DNA from: Bdellovibrionota bacterium
GTDB lineage: Bacteria; Bdellovibrionota_B; Oligoflexia; Oligoflexales; JAWKNZ01
Reading direction: 5' to 3'
Length of the DNA: 64,000 nucleotides
Assembly: GCA_041391425.1 (NCBI GenBank)
Contig: JAWKNZ010000006.1
Coordinates: 132,045-196,044 of the forward strand
The position numbers were made by a program, and so were the translations under genes. Positions 59,454-64,000 of the stretch are shown in pieces (positions within the stretch are counted from its first letter, which is position 1; each line of letters begins with the position of its first letter). Below the pieces are notes generated by a model that did not search any database, had not been told where the DNA came from, and saw nothing but the letters and a program-made list of their open reading frames with translations.

Positions 59454-60536
59454 CTATTCGAACAATTCTCGCACAGCCTCAGCATCTCCAATTCTTTGGG
59501 CAGCTAAAAGCTCATAATATAAATCTTTAAGTTTATCTTTGTAGTGATCATCTACTGCTATAGCCCTCAAATCCTGCATAGCCAAATTTTGTTCTCCAAA
59601 AATCATCAGAATACGACCTCGCTTGTATCTAGCTTCGTAGGCATCAGGGTCAAGCAATAATAGACGACTGAGAAAATAATAGCTTTTATGTAATGCTGCA
59701 GCGATTTCGTCTTTACTTTGACTACTTTCAATCTGCTCATAAGCTTCATCTGCCTTTTCATTTAGACGAGCATGTAAGCTCTCTTTATTAATTCTTAATG
59801 ATGCAAGTACAATCCATGAAATTAAGAAAATTCCTAACGTCACATAACCAAGTTTTGGAACCTTCAACATCAATCGATTTGGCCTGATACGAAGCATTGC
59901 AACTGTAAGACCTACTCCTGCAATTAGTCCTCCGATATGAGCTGCATTGTCAATACCGGGAATAAATGCACCTAATAATAAATTTAATATAGCTAGAATA
60001 GTATACCCCCAGGCCATTCTAGACCGCTTCAAATCCTCAGGTAATGACCTTCTTATATAACTTTCGAGAACCAAACCAGCACCAATCAGCCCGAAGATTG
60101 CACCTGATGCTCCAGCTCCGATCATGACATGAAATGAGCCACTTGCTATATTCCCACAGATACCACACAGCAAATACAAAATAAGAAACCATTTTGCCCC
60201 TAGAAAAGATTCTATTTGTGGACCAATAAATGAGAGTGCATACGAATTAAAAAAGAAATGAATTAATCCAATGTGAACAAAAATTGGGGTAAGAAGGCGC
60301 CACCATTCCCCCTGTACTAATCGTATTGGATCTTGCGCACCGAAATTAATTAAGACTTCTTCAGAGGGTTGCATCACACTCTTGCTTACTACAGTCATTA
60401 AAATAAAAATGATGGTGTTGATGATTAAGATCCGACCGGACCAAGTGCCAAAATAAAACTGAGGGCCACCAGATAACCCGATAGGCCTTTGATAGTAAGA
60501 TGGACGAGCTTCATCCTCTTCTATCCCGATCGTCAT
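59454..60536 (-). CDS. rhomboid-family intramembrane serine protease with a C-terminal TPR-like tail
   Basis: WRLLTPIFVHIGLIHFFFN, GAGASGAIFGLIGAG (GxSG) and the AHIGGLIAG motifs. Confidence 0.85.
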   Translation of the reverse strand: MTIGIEEDEARPSYYQRPIGLSGGPQFYFGTWSGRILIINTIIFILMTVVSKSVMQPSEEVLINFGAQDPIRLVQGEWWRLLTPIFVHIGLIHFFFNSYALSFIGPQIESFLGAKWFLILYLLCGICGNIASGSFHVMIGAGASGAIFGLIGAGLVLESYIRRSLPEDLKRSRMAWGYTILAILNLLLGAFIPGIDNAAHIGGLIAGVGLTVAMLRIRPNRLMLKVPKLGYVTLGIFLISWIVLASLRINKESLHARLNEKADEAYEQIESSQSKDEIAAALHKSYYFLSRLLLLDPDAYEARYKRGRILMIFGEQNLAMQDLRAIAVDDHYKDKLKDLYYELLAAQRIGDAEAVRELFE

Positions 60537-60709
60537 GAATAATTTCCTCTATTTATCTTGAACATAGCACTTAATTATTGAAAAAGACTTACCAAACAAA
60601 GTTCAGGAATATAATAGAATTTCGCCTCGATCTAATTAGAATCATCTAATGCGCAGATCACAAAGCTTAATAATACGCATTTTCTAACAAAACCTTCATT
60701 CACAAATCT

Positions 60710-61183
60710 CTATAAAATAGCATAATCACTTCTTGGGTCATGCATTTCTAAATAGCTAGAACCCTGTAAGCTTTTCTTTCGTCCTTCCTTTGACAAAAGC
60801 CAAACCGGCACACTACCTTCGGCTTGAGGAATAAACAATAACACCTGACTTGCATCGACTTCTTTATCAGTGCTTGATGACACTTCGGCAGATATCCGTA
60901 ATGTTTGACCTTCTTCAATACCGATGTGAATATGGTCTGACTCAAGTCGAATCAAGTCAGCATGCCCATTTTTCACCACGCTTTCAAAGACGACAACCAC
61001 TGAATTATCAGTACGATTAATTTCCCTAACAACATAATTCCCACCTACTCTCTTTAGAGTAGAAGAATTATCAAAAGAGGTGCCATTCTGCTTATGCAGA
61101 GATTTTTCTTTTTCTGACTTTGCAAGTACTGCCACTGAGAAAAAACATGAACAAACTACGATTAATATCTTCTTCATATTCAT
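60710..61183 (-). CDS. hypothetical secreted protein (157 aa)
   Basis: Signal peptide MNMKKILIVVCSCFFSVAVLA. No recognisable family. Confidence 0.55.
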   Translation of the reverse strand: MNMKKILIVVCSCFFSVAVLAKSEKEKSLHKQNGTSFDNSSTLKRVGGNYVVREINRTDNSVVVVFESVVKNGHADLIRLESDHIHIGIEEGQTLRISAEVSSSTDKEVDASQVLLFIPQAEGSVPVWLLSKEGRKKSLQGSSYLEMHDPRSDYAIL

Positions 61184-61206
61184 GATTGCACCTATACATC
61201 TATAAG

Positions 61207-62736
61207 TTAAATAAATTTATATCCATTTTTAGATAACAATGAGCGAATCTCGCCATTCTTAATCCAATTTACCACCTGCCTAAACTCCCCAGCAAGCGAA
61301 CGGTCTTTGTCCATAAACGGAGAAATTTCTCTTATTTTATCATAAATAACAGCGAGTTGCTCTGAAGGACGTAAAGGTGCAAGCAAATCAAGACCTTGGC
61401 AGGCAGATAGCAATTCTATTGCCAATATTGAATAGACATTATCGATCACATCCCTAGCCTTACGCGCAGCAATAGGTCCCATACTGACATGGTCCTCCTT
61501 ATCAGCAGAGGTTGGAATGCTATCAACACAGGCCGGATGACACAAAACTTTATTTTCTGAAACTAACGATGCCGCAACCACATGCGGTATCATGAAGCCA
61601 GAATTTAAACCTGAATCTTTAGTAATAAAAGCTGGCAAGCTAGATAAACTTGGATTCGTGAGCTTTTCAATTCTTCTTTCACTTATGCTACCAAGTTCGG
61701 CGACTGCAATAGCCAGGAAGTCCATGGCCATTGCAATAGGCTGTCCATGAAAATTTCCACCACTTATGACATCACCATCAGCAAATACCAATGGATTATC
61801 AGTTACACTGTTAAGCTCAATCTCAACCGTTTTTTCCACGAAAGAAATTGTATCACGGCTAGCACCATGCACTTGCGCAGCACAGCGAAAGGAGTACGGG
61901 TCCTGAACCTTGCCACATTCCACATGTGAGTTCATTATTTCATCTTCATTTGCAAATAAGGAATTAATATTGTCCGCTGATGTTCTTTGCCCAATTTGCG
62001 GACGAACTTGATGGATCCTGGGATCATAGGCACGCTTTGTTCCCCTCAATGCATCAAGACTTAGGCTGGTAGCTACATCCGCAATAACAGCTAGTTCTTT
62101 TGCCTCAGAAATAGCAAAAGCTGCAATAGCTGTCATGAATTGTGTTCCATTAATCAGTGAAAGGCCTTCTTTTGCTTTTGGCACATATGGGTCTATCCCA
62201 CAGGCTTCAAGAGCCTCACTTGCTGGCACTACAGCTCCCTGAAAGAAAACTTCGCCTTCACCCAGCAAGCCTAAAGCAAGGTGTGAAAGTGGAGCCAAGT
62301 CCCCTGAGGCTCCGACGCTTCCTTTCACCGGAACCAATGGCAATATATCGTGCTTCAAAAATGCAAGAATTGTATCAATACATTGCAACGATACCGCACT
62401 ATGCAACAAACAAAAAGTATGGGCTCTTAATATTAGCAAAGCTCGTACAATCTCTGGATTAACAGAGTTTCCTACTCCGCAAGCATGAGAGCGAATTAAA
62501 TTTACTTGCAACTCTTCAAGTTGCTCTTTCTTAATATAAACATCTGACAAATAGCCAAATCCAGTATTAATGCCGTAAATCTTCTTTTCCGTCTTAATAG
62601 CAGACTCTACAATGTTGCGATACTCTTGAAGCTTTTCGCGCACATCACTATTTACCGTAACATTTGGGTTCGCTTCGCTAGCAAGTTGCACCAACATTTG
62701 ACAGTCAAGCCTATCAACACCCAATTGAAAACTCAT
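61207..62736 (-). CDS. hutH: histidine ammonia-lyase (aromatic amino-acid lyase family)
   Basis: GSVGASGDLAPLSH contains the MIO-forming ASG triad. Length 509 aa. No hutU or hutI lies nearby, so substrate assignment is by family only. Confidence 0.85.
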   Translation of the reverse strand: MSFQLGVDRLDCQMLVQLASEANPNVTVNSDVREKLQEYRNIVESAIKTEKKIYGINTGFGYLSDVYIKKEQLEELQVNLIRSHACGVGNSVNPEIVRALLILRAHTFCLLHSAVSLQCIDTILAFLKHDILPLVPVKGSVGASGDLAPLSHLALGLLGEGEVFFQGAVVPASEALEACGIDPYVPKAKEGLSLINGTQFMTAIAAFAISEAKELAVIADVATSLSLDALRGTKRAYDPRIHQVRPQIGQRTSADNINSLFANEDEIMNSHVECGKVQDPYSFRCAAQVHGASRDTISFVEKTVEIELNSVTDNPLVFADGDVISGGNFHGQPIAMAMDFLAIAVAELGSISERRIEKLTNPSLSSLPAFITKDSGLNSGFMIPHVVAASLVSENKVLCHPACVDSIPTSADKEDHVSMGPIAARKARDVIDNVYSILAIELLSACQGLDLLAPLRPSEQLAVIYDKIREISPFMDKDRSLAGEFRQVVNWIKNGEIRSLLSKNGYKFI

Positions 62737-62756
62737 ATTTAGCCTTTTTTAAAGAA

Positions 62757-63410
62757 TTATCTTAAACCATAAATAGCCTGGCAGCGATCATCACTATTAT
62801 AAACATAAGAACCTGCCACCAAAGCCCGAGCTCCAGCATTGCGGACTTGCTCAGCATTTCTCGAAGTTATTCCTCCATCAATTTCTATTATGATGGAATC
62901 ATAGCGGCCTATCCTGTTTATCTCATGTGAAAGCTCTTTAATACGCTGAGTAGATTCCGGGATGAACTGTTGACCACCAAAGCCTGGATTTACTGACATC
63001 ACAAGCACTAAATCTAAAACAGGCAATAAAGGAAAAACAGAAGATATCATTGTACCAGGATTAATTGCGACGCCTGCCTTACATCCTTTGGCTTTAATAG
63101 CTTGCACCAAACGATGTGCGTGAGTAGCTGCTTCAACATGGAAAGTCAGGATATCTGCACCAGCGTCAACATATGACAGAGCAACTTCATCTGGATTTGA
63201 TACCATTATATGAACATCAAGTGGGAGCTTTGTGACTTTTTTTAGGCCTCTTATAAGAGGAAGACCAAAAGTGAGATTAGGAACAAAATGTCCGTCCATG
63301 ACATCTACATGATGCCAATCAGCGCCCCCATGCTCAACATCCAAAATATCTTTTTCAAGATTTAGAGGATCTGCAGACAAAATTGACGGGGCTATAATTG
63401 TATTATTCAA
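62757..63410 (-). CDS. rpe: ribulose-phosphate 3-epimerase
   Basis: IAPSILSAD, HVDVMDGHFVPNLTFG and MSVNPGFGGQ. Confidence 0.9.
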   Translation of the reverse strand: MNNTIIAPSILSADPLNLEKDILDVEHGGADWHHVDVMDGHFVPNLTFGLPLIRGLKKVTKLPLDVHIMVSNPDEVALSYVDAGADILTFHVEAATHAHRLVQAIKAKGCKAGVAINPGTMISSVFPLLPVLDLVLVMSVNPGFGGQQFIPESTQRIKELSHEINRIGRYDSIIIEIDGGITSRNAEQVRNAGARALVAGSYVYNSDDRCQAIYGLR

Positions 63411-63978
63411 CGAGTTCCGCCTCCATTGACTTTAAGGGCGGCCTCTTCATCATCTTTTTTCGAATCATATTGGCCTTCAAGCGGCTCATTCTTTCAATAA
63501 AGACAATTCCATCTAAGTGGTCAATTTCGTGCTGGATACAAATGGCAAAAAGACCATTAGCGTGTAGCTGCTTTTTTTCTCCATGCTCGTCATAATAATC
63601 AACCCAAACTTCCTCTGCACGATCGACATAATCATACATCTCTGGAAAGCTTAAACAGCCTTCCATATACTTGGTTTTTCCTTGCTTTTTCGTTATAACA
63701 GGGTTGACGATTGTAAAGCTTTTGTCATGCCACCATTGTTGGACTTCACTTTCATCCTCTTGGTCTTCATAGCGATGCCCTGTCCATGGAATACAGATTG
63801 TAAGGACACGCCTTAGATCATTCACTTGGTTAGCAGCTAAGCCAATTCCATTAGATGCCACCATAGTTTCGTGCATATCTTCAACGAACTTTCTGAAAGC
63901 ATCATCAAAATTACTCACATCATTAGCCTTAGTTTCTAAAACAGATGCAGGCCATTCCATAATCTTTAAAACTGTCAC
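63403..63978 (-). CDS. def: peptide deformylase
   Basis: GIGLAANQV, EGCLSFP and HEIDHLDG motifs. About 25 extra residues (PWTGHRYEDQEDESEVQQWWHDKS) sit between motifs 1 and 2. Confidence 0.9.
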   Translation of the reverse strand: MTVLKIMEWPASVLETKANDVSNFDDAFRKFVEDMHETMVASNGIGLAANQVNDLRRVLTICIPWTGHRYEDQEDESEVQQWWHDKSFTIVNPVITKKQGKTKYMEGCLSFPEMYDYVDRAEEVWVDYYDEHGEKKQLHANGLFAICIQHEIDHLDGIVFIERMSRLKANMIRKKMMKRPPLKSMEAELVE

Positions 63979-64000
63979 GATTCAATCCTCAACTTAGTGA

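Noticed and set aside
63403-63978. The roughly 25-residue insertion in peptide deformylase as a novel domain.
   Set aside because: All three catalytic motifs are intact, and loop insertions between motifs 1 and 2 occur in some Def classes. This is not distinctive enough without an alignment.

Overview
This is a 64-kb chromosomal window from an AT-rich Gram-negative bacterium. The evidence for that is Pal, OM beta-barrel proteins, a GT9 heptosyltransferase-like enzyme and many lipobox proteins. RNase Y, YmdB and ScpAB hint at a Bdellovibrionota/deltaproteobacteria-like lineage, but I cannot assign it from sequence alone. About 60 protein genes are present, mostly housekeeping. They include lspA (partial), clpC-like, scpA/scpB, rluB, a moaD-moaE-moaC-moaB-moeA operon, ldcA and mpl (murein recycling), pal, rny-ymdB, dapA-dapB, ubiA-ubiX, a CDF transporter, hutH, rpe and def. 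I recognised no rRNA, tRNA, CRISPR array, transposase or integrase. Four things stand out. (1) Disrupted genes are unusually dense. Multi-lesion pseudogenes with in-frame stop codons include queA and a roughly 980-aa dihaem cytochrome c. A P450, an M14 peptidase and a lipoprotein gene carry only frameshifts. Core genes (clpC, scpB, rny, ymdB) each carry a single 1-nt indel, mostly at short homopolymer runs, which may be real decay or assembly error. (2) Two families of structured intergenic repeats occur. Family A is amplified in three different tandem modes, and family B keeps a conserved apical hairpin. (3) An accessory block at 3.3-13.7 kb encodes secreted or lipid-anchored proteins of unknown function, flanked by the decaying haem enzymes. 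(4) Several unusual architectures appear: a LuxE-LuxC fusion, an ArgH-like pseudoenzyme fused to an LptM-like lipobox next to dapAB, an R3H protein coupled to the Moco operon, and a 36-aa zinc-finger-like ORF missing from the ORF track. All calls rest on reading translated motifs by eye. No database search was run.
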